From the NCBI GenBank assembly GCA_020060565.1, contig JAGVAE010000002.1, forward strand, positions 371,270 to 435,269: DNA of 64,000 bases, in the 5' to 3' direction. This DNA comes from Candidatus Woesebacteria bacterium (lineage in GTDB: Bacteria > Patescibacteriota > Microgenomatia > UBA8517). Shown piece after piece: positions 20,769 to 30,407 of this stretch (positions within the stretch are counted from its first letter, which is position 1; each line of letters opens with the position of its first letter). The translations under genes and the position numbers were made by a program. The notes beneath the pieces are model-generated. The model was not told where the DNA came from. It saw nothing but the letters and a program-made list of their open reading frames with translations, and made no database searches.

Positions 20769-21571
20769 GATTTGTTATGACAACAACACATATGAGCAAA
20801 TTTGTTAATATGGCGATTCGAACAATAGAAAAACTTACCGGATACGAGATATTGGTTCATAAGAGAAATGCAAATAAATCAAAATCAAGTACGAGGTATT
20901 TAGCTGAAACCACTCGCTATATTAATCAGATTTCTTGCTTTATCCCAAAAAATGTATTTGAAATTGGAGCAAATTATGGTCAAGACGCCGATTTTTTAAA
21001 AAGAGAATTTAATTTGAGCAATAAAAATGTATACGTTTTTGAACCCCACCCAGAATTATTTAAAATGATAAAAGAACGATACGGTTTTAATTGTAATAAC
21101 TATGCGGTGTCTAACAGAAATGGGAAATGTATATTTCATACAATGAATCTAAATAAAAATAATGGAGCATCTTCTTTAATGGTACACAAATATAATGACA
21201 AGAAAATGTATAGTGATATAACAGTTCAAACAAGAAGAATGGACTACTTTATTTCTAAAAATAATATAAAATCAATTGATTTTCTGAAAATCGATGTCGA
21301 GGGCCTAACATATGAAGTTTTGTCCGGTTTCGGTAAAAGTATACAAATGGTTAAAGCTGTTCAGGTAGAGACCGAATTCCTACCCATCTGGAAAGGTCAA
21401 AAGACTTGGAGTGATGTTTACAAATTATTGTCAATTAAAGGATTTCAATTGATTGATTATAGATTACACGAAGGAGGAACTCAGGCAGACTCTTTTTGGA
21501 TTCAAAAGAGATATGTTGATAACAAGATTTTTAACTTAAAAAATAACAGATGGGAAGATATGCACAAATAA
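20765..21571 (+). CDS. FkbM-family methyltransferase
   Basis: VFEIGANYGQDA...VFEPHPELF...DFLKIDVEGLTYEVL. Confidence 0.75.
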   Translation: MRFVMTTTHMSKFVNMAIRTIEKLTGYEILVHKRNANKSKSSTRYLAETTRYINQISCFIPKNVFEIGANYGQDADFLKREFNLSNKNVYVFEPHPELFKMIKERYGFNCNNYAVSNRNGKCIFHTMNLNKNNGASSLMVHKYNDKKMYSDITVQTRRMDYFISKNNIKSIDFLKIDVEGLTYEVLSGFGKSIQMVKAVQVETEFLPIWKGQKTWSDVYKLLSIKGFQLIDYRLHEGGTQADSFWIQKRYVDNKIFNLKNNRWEDMHK

Positions 21572-21572
21572 A

Positions 21573-22355
21573 ATGAAGAAATTTCTAATATCAATTATAC
21601 GAAAATTCGGGTTCGATATTGTCAGATATGGAAATTTCGTAAAATCAGTGAGGACAAAAAAGTTATCGCTTTATAAAACTAAAACAGGAGATTATTTTTT
21701 ACCAACTGATGCAGTCAATGATGAAATTGCATACGCAATTAAAAATGATACAGTTTTTGATAAGGAGGTTGTTGATTGTGCAGCAAAGTATATCAAGCCC
21801 GGAACCGTAGTACTTGATTTGGGTTGTAATTTTGGGCAGATGAGTATTCTATTTTCAGGTCTAGTCAAAAATACTGGAAAAGTACATGCGTTTGAGGCTG
21901 ATAGTTGGGTATACAAAATATTATTAAAAAACATTAAAGCGAATAAAAAAGAAGAAGTTGTTATTCCCCACTTTGGCGCTGTGCACAATACCGTTAACAA
22001 AATACTTCGGTTTCCTATCCAAAATTTTAAGAAGTATCAGTCATATGGATCTTATGGAATTGACTATACCGCAAAACATGGCAGAAGGGTAAAATCGCTT
22101 ACAATTGATAGTTTGAAAATCAAAGAAGAAATTAGTTTTATGAAAATAGATATCGAAGGGGGAGACCTCAAAGCCATGCAAGGTGCTCGAAAGACAATCC
22201 TTAAAAACAAAATGCCGATCATTTTTGAATATCAGTATACTTATGAAGATAAGTATAAAATGTGTTTTCAAGATTATGTAGATTTTGTTGGAAGTATAAA
22301 TTACAGATTTGTAAAAGTAATTAATGGATGTAATTATCTAATCTTGCCAAAATGA
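21573..22355 (+). CDS. FkbM-family methyltransferase
   Basis: VVLDLGCNFGQMS...VHAFEADSWVY...FMKIDIEGGDLKAM. Confidence 0.75.
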   Translation: MKKFLISIIRKFGFDIVRYGNFVKSVRTKKLSLYKTKTGDYFLPTDAVNDEIAYAIKNDTVFDKEVVDCAAKYIKPGTVVLDLGCNFGQMSILFSGLVKNTGKVHAFEADSWVYKILLKNIKANKKEEVVIPHFGAVHNTVNKILRFPIQNFKKYQSYGSYGIDYTAKHGRRVKSLTIDSLKIKEEISFMKIDIEGGDLKAMQGARKTILKNKMPIIFEYQYTYEDKYKMCFQDYVDFVGSINYRFVKVINGCNYLILPK

Positions 22356-22358
22356 AGT

Positions 22359-23588
22359 ATGTATACGGAAATAAATAAATGTCGAATCTGTGGAAGCTCA
22401 CACCTGATTGTTGTATTGTCACTTGGAAAACAATATCTTACTGGTGTTTTTCCTAAGTCTTCTGGAGAGAAAATTACAAAGGGTCCTCTTGATATGGTTT
22501 GGTGTACAAAATGTGGCCTTCTTCAAATGAAACAATCATATAGCTCTGAAGAAATGTATGGTGATAATTATGGATATCGCTCTGGACTAAATGTTTCAAT
22601 GGTTAAACATTTACAACAAAAAATGAGAATGTTGGAAATATTGGCTAAACCGAAAGCATCTGAACTATTAATAGATATAGGTAGTAATGATGCTACTTTA
22701 TTAAAAGCCTGTACAGGTAAATATAAAAAAGTGGGAATAGACCCTACAGGGAAAAAATTTAAAAAATACTATTCAAAAGATATGACTCTGATTTCAGATT
22801 TTTTTTCAACGGCTTCTTTTAAAAAAATATTCCCCAATAAAAAGGCAAAGATTATTACATCAATTGCGATGTTTTATGATTTGGAAAGCCCCAGGGATTT
22901 TGTATTAGATGTAAGGAAATGTCTTGCTGACGATGGTATTTGGCATTTTGAACAAAGTTATATGCCAAGTATGCTTCGCACCAATTCTTATGACACGATA
23001 TGTCATGAGCATCTTGAATTTTATTCTTTTAAAGTAGTTAAAAACTTGCTTGAAAAATGTGGAATGAAAGTAGTGGACGTTGAAGTGAATGCAATTAATG
23101 GTGGAAGTTTTGCTGTCACTGCTTGTAAGAAGTCGGCCAAATATAAGTCGAATATGCCAATAATAAATTGGATGTTAAAACAAGAAAAAGATATGGGTCT
23201 TAACACCCCAAAACCATATAGAGATTTTGAGGAGAAAGTTTATAAACATAGAGAGAATCTAAGAGAATTGATAAAAAGTCTTGTTGCAGATGGAAAGAAA
23301 ATAATTGGTTATGGAGCTAGCACAAAAGGTAATGTTCTTCTACAGTTTTGTGGTTTTGATACAAAACATATTTCTTGCATAGCCGAAGTGAATGAAGAAA
23401 AATTTGGATCATTCACCCCAGGAACTAAAATTCCTATAATTTCTGAAAAAGAAGCTAAATCCAAAAAACCAGATTATTTCTTCGTATTGCCATGGCATTT
23501 TAAATACAACATATTGGAACGAGAAAAAGAATTCTTGGAAAACGGGGGAAAGTTCATTTTCCCTCTTCCTTATATAGAAATTATTTGA
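22359..23588 (+). CDS. SAM-dependent sugar C-methyltransferase-like (N-terminal zinc ribbon plus methyltransferase plus C-methyltransferase C-terminal domain)
   Basis: CRICGS...CTKCG zinc-ribbon pairs; LIDIGSNDATLL motif I; domain order as in TylCIII-type enzymes. Confidence 0.65.
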   Translation: MYTEINKCRICGSSHLIVVLSLGKQYLTGVFPKSSGEKITKGPLDMVWCTKCGLLQMKQSYSSEEMYGDNYGYRSGLNVSMVKHLQQKMRMLEILAKPKASELLIDIGSNDATLLKACTGKYKKVGIDPTGKKFKKYYSKDMTLISDFFSTASFKKIFPNKKAKIITSIAMFYDLESPRDFVLDVRKCLADDGIWHFEQSYMPSMLRTNSYDTICHEHLEFYSFKVVKNLLEKCGMKVVDVEVNAINGGSFAVTACKKSAKYKSNMPIINWMLKQEKDMGLNTPKPYRDFEEKVYKHRENLRELIKSLVADGKKIIGYGASTKGNVLLQFCGFDTKHISCIAEVNEEKFGSFTPGTKIPIISEKEAKSKKPDYFFVLPWHFKYNILEREKEFLENGGKFIFPLPYIEII

Positions 23589-24460
23589 TAATGAAAGCAT
23601 TAATATTTGGAGCTGGTGGTCAAGATGGGTATTATTTGACTCAGCTTTTGAAAAAGAAAAAAATTAAAGTTGTTGGGGTAGATAAATTATCTGATGAATG
23701 GCTGATGGGTGACGTTGGCAATTTTTCCTTTGTCGAATCATTAATTAAGAAGAATAGGCCAGATTATATATTTCATTTTGCCGCCATTTCATCAACAGAT
23801 CATGGTGTAGTACTTGAAAATCATGACACAATAAGCACCGGTACATTAAATATGTTAGAAAGCGTGAGATTACATTGCCCAAAATGTAAGGTCTTTTTGT
23901 CGGGTAGTGCCTTGCAGTTTAGAAATACGGGAAAGCCAATAAATGAAAAAACACCATTTGAGGCAAAAAGTGCATATGCGGTTGAGAGAATTCAATCGGT
24001 ATATATGGGTCGTTATTACCGAGAAACCTTTGGTATAGGAGTGTATATAGGATATTTCTTTAATCATGATAGTCCAATTAGACCCAAACAACATGTAAGC
24101 CAGTATATTGTGGAATCAATCAAAAAAATTTCTAAAGATGGGGGGGAAATGAAAATTGGGGATATAAATGTAAAAAAGGAGTTTGGATATGCAGAAGATG
24201 TTGTTGAGGCAATTTGGATTTTGGTAAATCAAAATAAAATATACGAAGCTGTGATTGGTACGGGGAAAGCATATAGTCTAAGAGAATGGGTAGATTATTG
24301 CTTTAAGAAAGTAGGTAAAAATTGGAAAGATCATGTTGTACCTAAAAAGAACTATAAAGCAGAATACAAAGTTTTGGTAAGTAATCCGAAAATAATAAAA
24401 AGCTTAGGCTGGAAACCGAAAGTTGGCTTTTTTGAATTGGCGGACATGATGATGAACTAA
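23585..24460 (+). CDS. GDP-mannose 4,6-dehydratase/reductase (Gmd/Rmd)-like SDR with an atypical catalytic motif
   Basis: ALIFGAGGQDGYYLTQLL N-terminus (GQDG signature); YAVER...FFNHDSP aligns with Gmd YAVAK...LFNHESP; contains a G7 tract at 24140..24146. Confidence 0.65.
   Translation: MIMKALIFGAGGQDGYYLTQLLKKKKIKVVGVDKLSDEWLMGDVGNFSFVESLIKKNRPDYIFHFAAISSTDHGVVLENHDTISTGTLNMLESVRLHCPKCKVFLSGSALQFRNTGKPINEKTPFEAKSAYAVERIQSVYMGRYYRETFGIGVYIGYFFNHDSPIRPKQHVSQYIVESIKKISKDGGEMKIGDINVKKEFGYAEDVVEAIWILVNQNKIYEAVIGTGKAYSLREWVDYCFKKVGKNWKDHVVPKKNYKAEYKVLVSNPKIIKSLGWKPKVGFFELADMMMN
24140..24146 (+). repeat. homopolymeric G7 tract in the coding sequence of the Gmd-like gene
   Basis: agatGGGGGGGaaatg encodes DGGE. 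Confidence 0.9.
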
Positions 24461-24462
24461 CT

Positions 24463-25761
24463 ATGATAGTAGTATGCGAACCTCAATGTAGGGGAGTCAG
24501 TCACGAAAAAGTTAATGGTGGATTTATCTACGGTCTTCATTCGGCTTATCCGAAAGATAAGTTATTATTTTTTTCTGATAAATCTCATTTTAAGGAAATA
24601 AAGGAATTATTTAGAAGTAATAAAGTGAAAATCCCTAGTTTATCGTGTCAGCCGATTAGTTTTGATGCAAATAATGCATTTAGTCTATTTGGGATACTAA
24701 GATATTATTTTTTGTTTAAAAGAATATTTGATAAAACACTATCGTTGGGGCAAACTAAAGTATTTTTTTTGTCGACCAGTCCAATTATTCTATATACAAT
24801 TAAAAAACTAAAGCTTGAAAGTAGGTATAGAGATATGTGTTGCACCTTTGTTCTTCATGGTGAATTAGAGGATATAGCAAACAAAAAATATAAGGATCCA
24901 TATACGCCAACAATATCGAGTGTAAAAATCAGTATAAAAAGAATTGTTTTCAATTTATTAAATCACCCGGATAGAGTTTTTATATTTGTAATTAAAAAAC
25001 TCTTTTTTCCATTTGTATTTGCATATTTGCATTATTCATTAACTTATAAAAAGAAATTTCGTACTAAAAAAATGCTTCTGTGGCATCATTCTGATCAATA
25101 TAAATACATTGTTTTATCACCACACATAGTTATAAACGCAAAGAAATATTTGGATACAGATTACTTAAATTTTCATACAATTATCATGCCGATTATTTAT
25201 GACAAACCATTACCAGAACCTGTTAATAAATATATAAAATTTGCCATTTTTGGTTATGGGGATTCTGGCCAGATGAATAAGATGCTAACCATTCTTTCTA
25301 AAAGGAACATCACTAAACCTTATGAGATAAGAATTATTAGTATGGACGATAGAGGAACTGAAGGTTTTCAAAATGTTACTCATGTAGGTAATGGTAGCAT
25401 TTTATCAAGGAAAGAAATGAAAGATTCTGCTCGTGATATAGACATATTTATGAATTTATATGGAAAATCACGGCACCGTTTTGGTTGTAGCTTGTCAATA
25501 TTTGAGGCTCTGTCATATTTAAAACCAGTATTACATTTGAGTAATCCTGGATATAATTATTTTAATAAATCAGCTATGCCAATAGGTTATCGGTGTGATG
25601 ATCTAGAAAAATTTGTCGATAAGATGCAGGATATTGTCGAAAGACATTCACAATATAAAGGCGAATTAAAGACCTTAAGAAACAATATGAAGGAATACAG
25701 AAAAGAATATAACATTCAATATAACCTGGATGAATTAAGGAGTAGTTTCACTTTTACTTAA
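24463..25761 (+). CDS. hypothetical protein, possible GT-B-like C-terminal domain
   Basis: C-terminal FGYGDSGQ...SIFEALSYLKPVL loosely resembles a GT-B nucleotide-binding half; weak. Confidence 0.3.
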   Translation: MIVVCEPQCRGVSHEKVNGGFIYGLHSAYPKDKLLFFSDKSHFKEIKELFRSNKVKIPSLSCQPISFDANNAFSLFGILRYYFLFKRIFDKTLSLGQTKVFFLSTSPIILYTIKKLKLESRYRDMCCTFVLHGELEDIANKKYKDPYTPTISSVKISIKRIVFNLLNHPDRVFIFVIKKLFFPFVFAYLHYSLTYKKKFRTKKMLLWHHSDQYKYIVLSPHIVINAKKYLDTDYLNFHTIIMPIIYDKPLPEPVNKYIKFAIFGYGDSGQMNKMLTILSKRNITKPYEIRIISMDDRGTEGFQNVTHVGNGSILSRKEMKDSARDIDIFMNLYGKSRHRFGCSLSIFEALSYLKPVLHLSNPGYNYFNKSAMPIGYRCDDLEKFVDKMQDIVERHSQYKGELKTLRNNMKEYRKEYNIQYNLDELRSSFTFT

Positions 25762-25762
25762 T

Positions 25763-26467
25763 ATGAATTTAAGACTAGGATTTTCTACTCAAATATTTTC
25801 TAATTGCTGCAGCACGAAGGAAGCGGTTAAAAACATTGAAAATGTTGGTTGTCGGACAATTGAAATTATTTTTGAAAAAAACAAAGGGGTAGATAATTTT
25901 GATTTAGATGAGATAGAAGCGGAAGATCTTAAAAAATTTGATTGGGTTAGTCTTCACGCTCCCACTATAAATTATGGAAAAAATAGAGAAACAGAGACAA
26001 TATTTGGACAGATACATAGATTTAATAATAAACGCACACTGGATCTGGTTGTTTTTCACCCTGATTGTATATCAGATTTCAAAGTATTTGATAAGATTGA
26101 TTTTAATGTTGGGTTTGAAAATATGGATTGTCATAAGTATTCTTACAAACAACCATACGAACTAGAAAAACTTGTCAATCTAAATAATAGATGGAAAATA
26201 GTTCTTGATGTTAATCATGTTTATACTAATGATAAATCAATGGAGCTAGGGTCTTCATTTCACAGAATATTAAGCGAAAGAATAGCGGAATACCACCTTA
26301 GTGGTTTTTCTACAATTCATGATCCACTGTACAAAACAAAACAAATAAAGATAATAAAGGCCATAAAAAATTTTCGGTTACCTGTGATTGTTGAATCATT
26401 ATTAACACCAGAAACAATTAAAAAGGAGAAAGACTATATTATTAAAATGATGAAAAAGGTAAACTAA
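25763..26467 (+). CDS. TIM-barrel sugar-phosphate isomerase/epimerase-like (xylose-isomerase-like fold)
   Basis: 234 aa; LGFSTQIF...IEII...HAP...FHPD pattern; low certainty. Confidence 0.4.
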   Translation: MNLRLGFSTQIFSNCCSTKEAVKNIENVGCRTIEIIFEKNKGVDNFDLDEIEAEDLKKFDWVSLHAPTINYGKNRETETIFGQIHRFNNKRTLDLVVFHPDCISDFKVFDKIDFNVGFENMDCHKYSYKQPYELEKLVNLNNRWKIVLDVNHVYTNDKSMELGSSFHRILSERIAEYHLSGFSTIHDPLYKTKQIKIIKAIKNFRLPVIVESLLTPETIKKEKDYIIKMMKKVN

Positions 26468-26473
26468 AACAAT

Positions 26474-27682
26474 ATGCCAATCGATAAAGAATTGAAATCA
26501 GAAATATTACTTAATAATATTGAAAAGACATTCACTAAAGAAGATTCGGAATCGACGGGTCTTTATCAGACGGGAAATCCTGAAGCATCTATAAAGATTG
26601 TTGCATCCATGAGAGACTATGGTGAGGTTAATGTGCTGCTTCCTGTTATTGAGGAGTTGCTGAAGGATAAGAATTATGGTGTCTCAATTTTTGCGGATGG
26701 CCCTGGAGAAAAAATTTTAAAAAATAAATCGAGGTTTAAAAAAATAAAAGTTGAGAAAAACATTCTCGTAAATATTGCAAATGAAGTTGAGAGTGCAAAT
26801 ATGGTTTTGGTTTCCCAGTCAGTCAATTCAGGTATAGATAACTCTTTAGTGTCGACAGCAGCAACAGAGGCAGGGATTAAAGCGGTTACAGTAGCTATAG
26901 AAGATTTCCCTGGTGGTGGAAGCGCTCTTAATAATGTTCTTTCAAGTAAGAACAATTTGCTTATTCCAGATTGGCAATGTGTGATGAATGAAGAATCAAA
27001 AAAAGCAGTCATAAAAGCAAGGCCCAATCTTGATCCCAAAAGAATTGTTATTACTGGGTTGCCAAATTTTGATAAAATCAATGTTTATGAGAAAGAAAAT
27101 ACAAGAAATGAATTTAGAGAAAAATATGAAGTTAAAGAAAATGAAAATATTATTGTCTGGGTAGGTGGTTATGGTGAAGTAGATAGTGAATCATTAAAAA
27201 TATTTCTAGAGGGTTTAAAAAATAGTGCGCTAGAAAATTACCGTCTGGTTATAAGGCGGCATCCAAGTGACGAAAGGAGTAAAGAATTTTTTGATAACAT
27301 AACTACCGATTTTTATGATCACTTACTTGATACATCTAGCGAAAGCATTGATGTAGTAAGACAATCAGCCGATTTAATTGTGACTATAAATTCAACAGAG
27401 AGTGTAAAAGCAGTTTGTGAAGGGACTCTTACTTTATTGGTGATAATACCAGAAATTTTAAAACAGACAGGTGAGCCAAATTTTACCTTTTTAATCGCTG
27501 AAGATGGTTCAACGGCAGTGGTTCGAGAAAAATCTGAAATGGTAAAGACTTTAAAAAAAGTTTTTAATGATGAAAAATTCAAAAATGGTTTGAATGAAAA
27601 AATGAAAAAATGGAAAGTTGATGGTAAAGCAACTGAAAGAGTGGTGGCATTGATTAAAAATAAAGCTCAAAACAACCAGTAA
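26474..27682 (+). CDS. hypothetical protein, Rossmann-like/GT-B-like, unknown function
   Basis: 402 aa, no TM, no confident motif. Confidence 0.3.
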   Translation: MPIDKELKSEILLNNIEKTFTKEDSESTGLYQTGNPEASIKIVASMRDYGEVNVLLPVIEELLKDKNYGVSIFADGPGEKILKNKSRFKKIKVEKNILVNIANEVESANMVLVSQSVNSGIDNSLVSTAATEAGIKAVTVAIEDFPGGGSALNNVLSSKNNLLIPDWQCVMNEESKKAVIKARPNLDPKRIVITGLPNFDKINVYEKENTRNEFREKYEVKENENIIVWVGGYGEVDSESLKIFLEGLKNSALENYRLVIRRHPSDERSKEFFDNITTDFYDHLLDTSSESIDVVRQSADLIVTINSTESVKAVCEGTLTLLVIIPEILKQTGEPNFTFLIAEDGSTAVVREKSEMVKTLKKVFNDEKFKNGLNEKMKKWKVDGKATERVVALIKNKAQNNQ

Positions 27683-27738
27683 AAAAACAAACTTCAAAGA
27701 TCGTATTTTTTTTAAAATATCGTGATAGAATACAGCAT

Positions 27739-28746
27739 ATGTTATTAACCAATAAAACAGTATTAATAACTGGGGGAACTGGTTATCTGGGCCAAGCCTT
27801 GACAAAAGAAATTTTAAAACAAAAACCCAAAAGTATAAGAATTTTTGGTAGAGATGAGGTAAAGCATTATAAATTTCAGGAAAAGTTTTCCCACAATATT
27901 AAAATCAGAAATTTTTTGGGAGATGTACGGGATTACCAAAGACTTCTTAAAGCCACAAGGCAGGTAGATATTGTTATTCACGCAGCCGCACTTAAGAGGT
28001 TGGACCTTTTAGAGTACAACGTGGATGAATCCATTAAAACTAATATTTTAGGAACTTTAAATGTTGTTAATGCATGTTTGGAAAATAAAGTTGAAAAAGC
28101 GGTAATGATTTCTACAGATAAAGCATGTTCACCTGTTAACACTTATGGCGCATGTAAATTTGTCAGCGAAAGAATATTTAGCGAAAGTAACTACAGCAAA
28201 GGAGATTTAAAAACTGTTTTTACTACCGTTAGATATGGAAATGTTTTGGAAAGTACAGGCTCCGTTATCCCGTTTTTCAGCGAAAAAATAAATAATGGTG
28301 ACGTCATTCCCTTAACCGATCCTCGTATGACAAGATTTATCATTAGTCCTAAAGAGGCAGTTTATCTTGTTTTTAGTGCAATCAAATATGGAGTGGGCGG
28401 AGAGATCTTTGTACCCAAACTTCCTTCTTTCAGGATTACGGATTTGATTGAAATCCTAAAAAATAAATATCAATCTAAAAATAAAGTAAAAATTATTGGT
28501 CTTAGACCTGGGGAGAAAATTCATGAATTAATGATAAATGACTCAGAAATTCCTAGAACATATAATTTTAAAAATCTCTATGTGATAGGTTCATCGATTC
28601 AAGAGTTTCAGAGTCACATTAGACCTTTGTATATTAAAAGAGGTAAATTGTTAAATGAAAAGATTATGACGGAATATAGTTCTAAGGATTCGACAATCTC
28701 TCAAAAAGAAATCTCCAAGATTTTTAAAAAATTAGGTCTTTTATAA
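27739..28746 (+). CDS. UDP-sugar 4,6-dehydratase, PseB/FlaA1/CapD family (Polysacc_synt_2)
   Basis: VLITGGTGYLGQALTKEIL...IRIFGRDEVKHY; length 335 aa; TGaTAGAAT extended -10 element 7 nt upstream of the ATG. Confidence 0.75.
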   Translation: MLLTNKTVLITGGTGYLGQALTKEILKQKPKSIRIFGRDEVKHYKFQEKFSHNIKIRNFLGDVRDYQRLLKATRQVDIVIHAAALKRLDLLEYNVDESIKTNILGTLNVVNACLENKVEKAVMISTDKACSPVNTYGACKFVSERIFSESNYSKGDLKTVFTTVRYGNVLESTGSVIPFFSEKINNGDVIPLTDPRMTRFIISPKEAVYLVFSAIKYGVGGEIFVPKLPSFRITDLIEILKNKYQSKNKVKIIGLRPGEKIHELMINDSEIPRTYNFKNLYVIGSSIQEFQSHIRPLYIKRGKLLNEKIMTEYSSKDSTISQKEISKIFKKLGLL

Positions 28747-28759
28747 TGATTCAAAATCA

Positions 28760-29524
28760 ATGAAAGTATTTATAACCGGATACAAAGGATTCATTGGAAG
28801 AAATCTTACATCTGAACTTAAGAATTGGGTAGGGTACAACAGTGATGTTTTGGATAAAAAAAAGCTTACAAAGCAAATGAGAGGGTGTGATGCAGTAATT
28901 CATCTAGCTGGTATATTTAATGGTCCCGATTCCAATCTTATTTATAAGGTAAATCTTGTAGGAACAGCCAATGTTGTCCAAGCGATGCATGAAAATGGAA
29001 TCAAGAAAATAATATTCGCTTCGTCGGTTGGGGCAGGGGAAAGATTCTATAATGCTTATGACGATTCAAAATTTATAGCTGAGAAGATTGTTCGGGATAA
29101 AAGTCTCGAGACAACCGTTTTAAGATTGTCTAATCTCTATGGAAAAGATCAAAAAGATAAACTTATAGCCTTTCTATTGGATGGTTTTAAAAAAGGGGAA
29201 GTACAAGTGACTGGGGATGGTCTTCAAACAAGAGATCTTGTTTATATTGATGACGTTGTTGATGCGATTATAAAATCTTTGAAAGTACCAGGGAGCAAAA
29301 AACCAATAGACATTGGTTGTGGGAAAAGCTACAGCATTTTAAAGGTTGTGGATATAATTTCTCGAATCCTGAATAAGAAAGTAAAAATAGAATTTGTGAA
29401 GTTTCCCAATTATGTAAAGGATATGAGAATATCAGAGGTAAATTTGTATCTGGCAAAAAAGCTATTAGGTTACAAACCTAAATATAGTCTGGAAGAAGGA
29501 CTTAAAAAGATTATATCAGAATAA
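28760..29524 (+). CDS. short NAD(P)-dependent epimerase/reductase (SDR, RmlD-like size)
   Basis: VFITGYKGFIGRNL and YxxxK (YDDSK). Confidence 0.7.
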   Translation: MKVFITGYKGFIGRNLTSELKNWVGYNSDVLDKKKLTKQMRGCDAVIHLAGIFNGPDSNLIYKVNLVGTANVVQAMHENGIKKIIFASSVGAGERFYNAYDDSKFIAEKIVRDKSLETTVLRLSNLYGKDQKDKLIAFLLDGFKKGEVQVTGDGLQTRDLVYIDDVVDAIIKSLKVPGSKKPIDIGCGKSYSILKVVDIISRILNKKVKIEFVKFPNYVKDMRISEVNLYLAKKLLGYKPKYSLEEGLKKIISE

Positions 29525-29540
29525 TGGCAATTATATTTGT

Positions 29541-30407
29541 ATGAATAAGATAATTTTGGGTACGGCTCAGATTGGAATGTCGTATGGCATCAATAATCAA
29601 ACAGGTAAGCCCTCTGAAAATGATTCTATTGCAGTTTTAAATGAGGCCTATAGAAGAGGTATTAGAAAGCTTGATACGGCAGACACATATGGCGACGCAA
29701 TTGATATTGTAGGAAGGTATCACGCAGGTCACAATAAATTCAACATTCTTAATAAGTTTAGTTTGTCTGATGGCAATACAGACATCATCAGAAAAGTTGA
29801 ACGTGCTTTAAGAATACTAAGAATAAATGAATTTGAAGTCTATTCGTATCATTCCTTCAATGATTTTATTGCCAATAATAAAATTTCAAAAATACTAATG
29901 AAATTAAAGAAAGAAAAATTGATAAAAAAAATAGGTATTTCCATTTATACAAATCAGGAGTTTGAAACGGGAATAAACTCTGAAATGATTGACGTAATTC
30001 AAATACCATTTAACATTTTAGATAACAATAACAAAAAAGGGTCACTTATCACTAAAGCAAAGCAAAATGGGAAAGAAATCCATACACGATCCGTTTTTTT
30101 ACAGGGTTTGTTTTTTATGGATGAAGGAAACATTATTTCAAAATTAAGACCATTGGTGCCGTATATAAACAAAGTTAAAAGCTTTTGTGAGATTCAGGGA
30201 ATGTCAATTAATAAACTTTCCTTAATGTATGCAATTTCAAATCCCAATATTGATGGAGTATTGGTGGGTGTAGATAGCGTAGAACAATTGAAGGAGAATA
30301 TAAGTTATTTAAAGCCAGACCATATTGGATCTATAATAAAATTTGTAGAAACTCTTGACGTTAAGGAAGTTGAGTTGTTAAATCCTGTAAGTTGGAAACA
30401 AATATGA
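29541..30407 (+). CDS. aldo/keto reductase, copy 1
   Basis: ILGTAQIGMSYG...LDTADTYGDA; paralog of the 30495..31367 product. Confidence 0.75.
   Translation: MNKIILGTAQIGMSYGINNQTGKPSENDSIAVLNEAYRRGIRKLDTADTYGDAIDIVGRYHAGHNKFNILNKFSLSDGNTDIIRKVERALRILRINEFEVYSYHSFNDFIANNKISKILMKLKKEKLIKKIGISIYTNQEFETGINSEMIDVIQIPFNILDNNNKKGSLITKAKQNGKEIHTRSVFLQGLFFMDEGNIISKLRPLVPYINKVKSFCEIQGMSINKLSLMYAISNPNIDGVLVGVDSVEQLKENISYLKPDHIGSIIKFVETLDVKEVELLNPVSWKQI

Noticed and set aside
26474-27682. Assigning the 402-aa protein as PseG/NeuC-like UDP-sugar hydrolase or 2-epimerase
   Set aside because: Its position next to the PseB-like gene is suggestive, but no conserved epimerase or hydrolase motifs were recognisable. 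It is left as hypothetical.
27683-27738. Possible rho-independent terminator (ATCGTATTTTTTTTAAAATATCGTGAT) after the 26474 gene
   Set aside because: The stem is imperfect and short. The region more plausibly hosts the extended -10 promoter for the 27739 gene.
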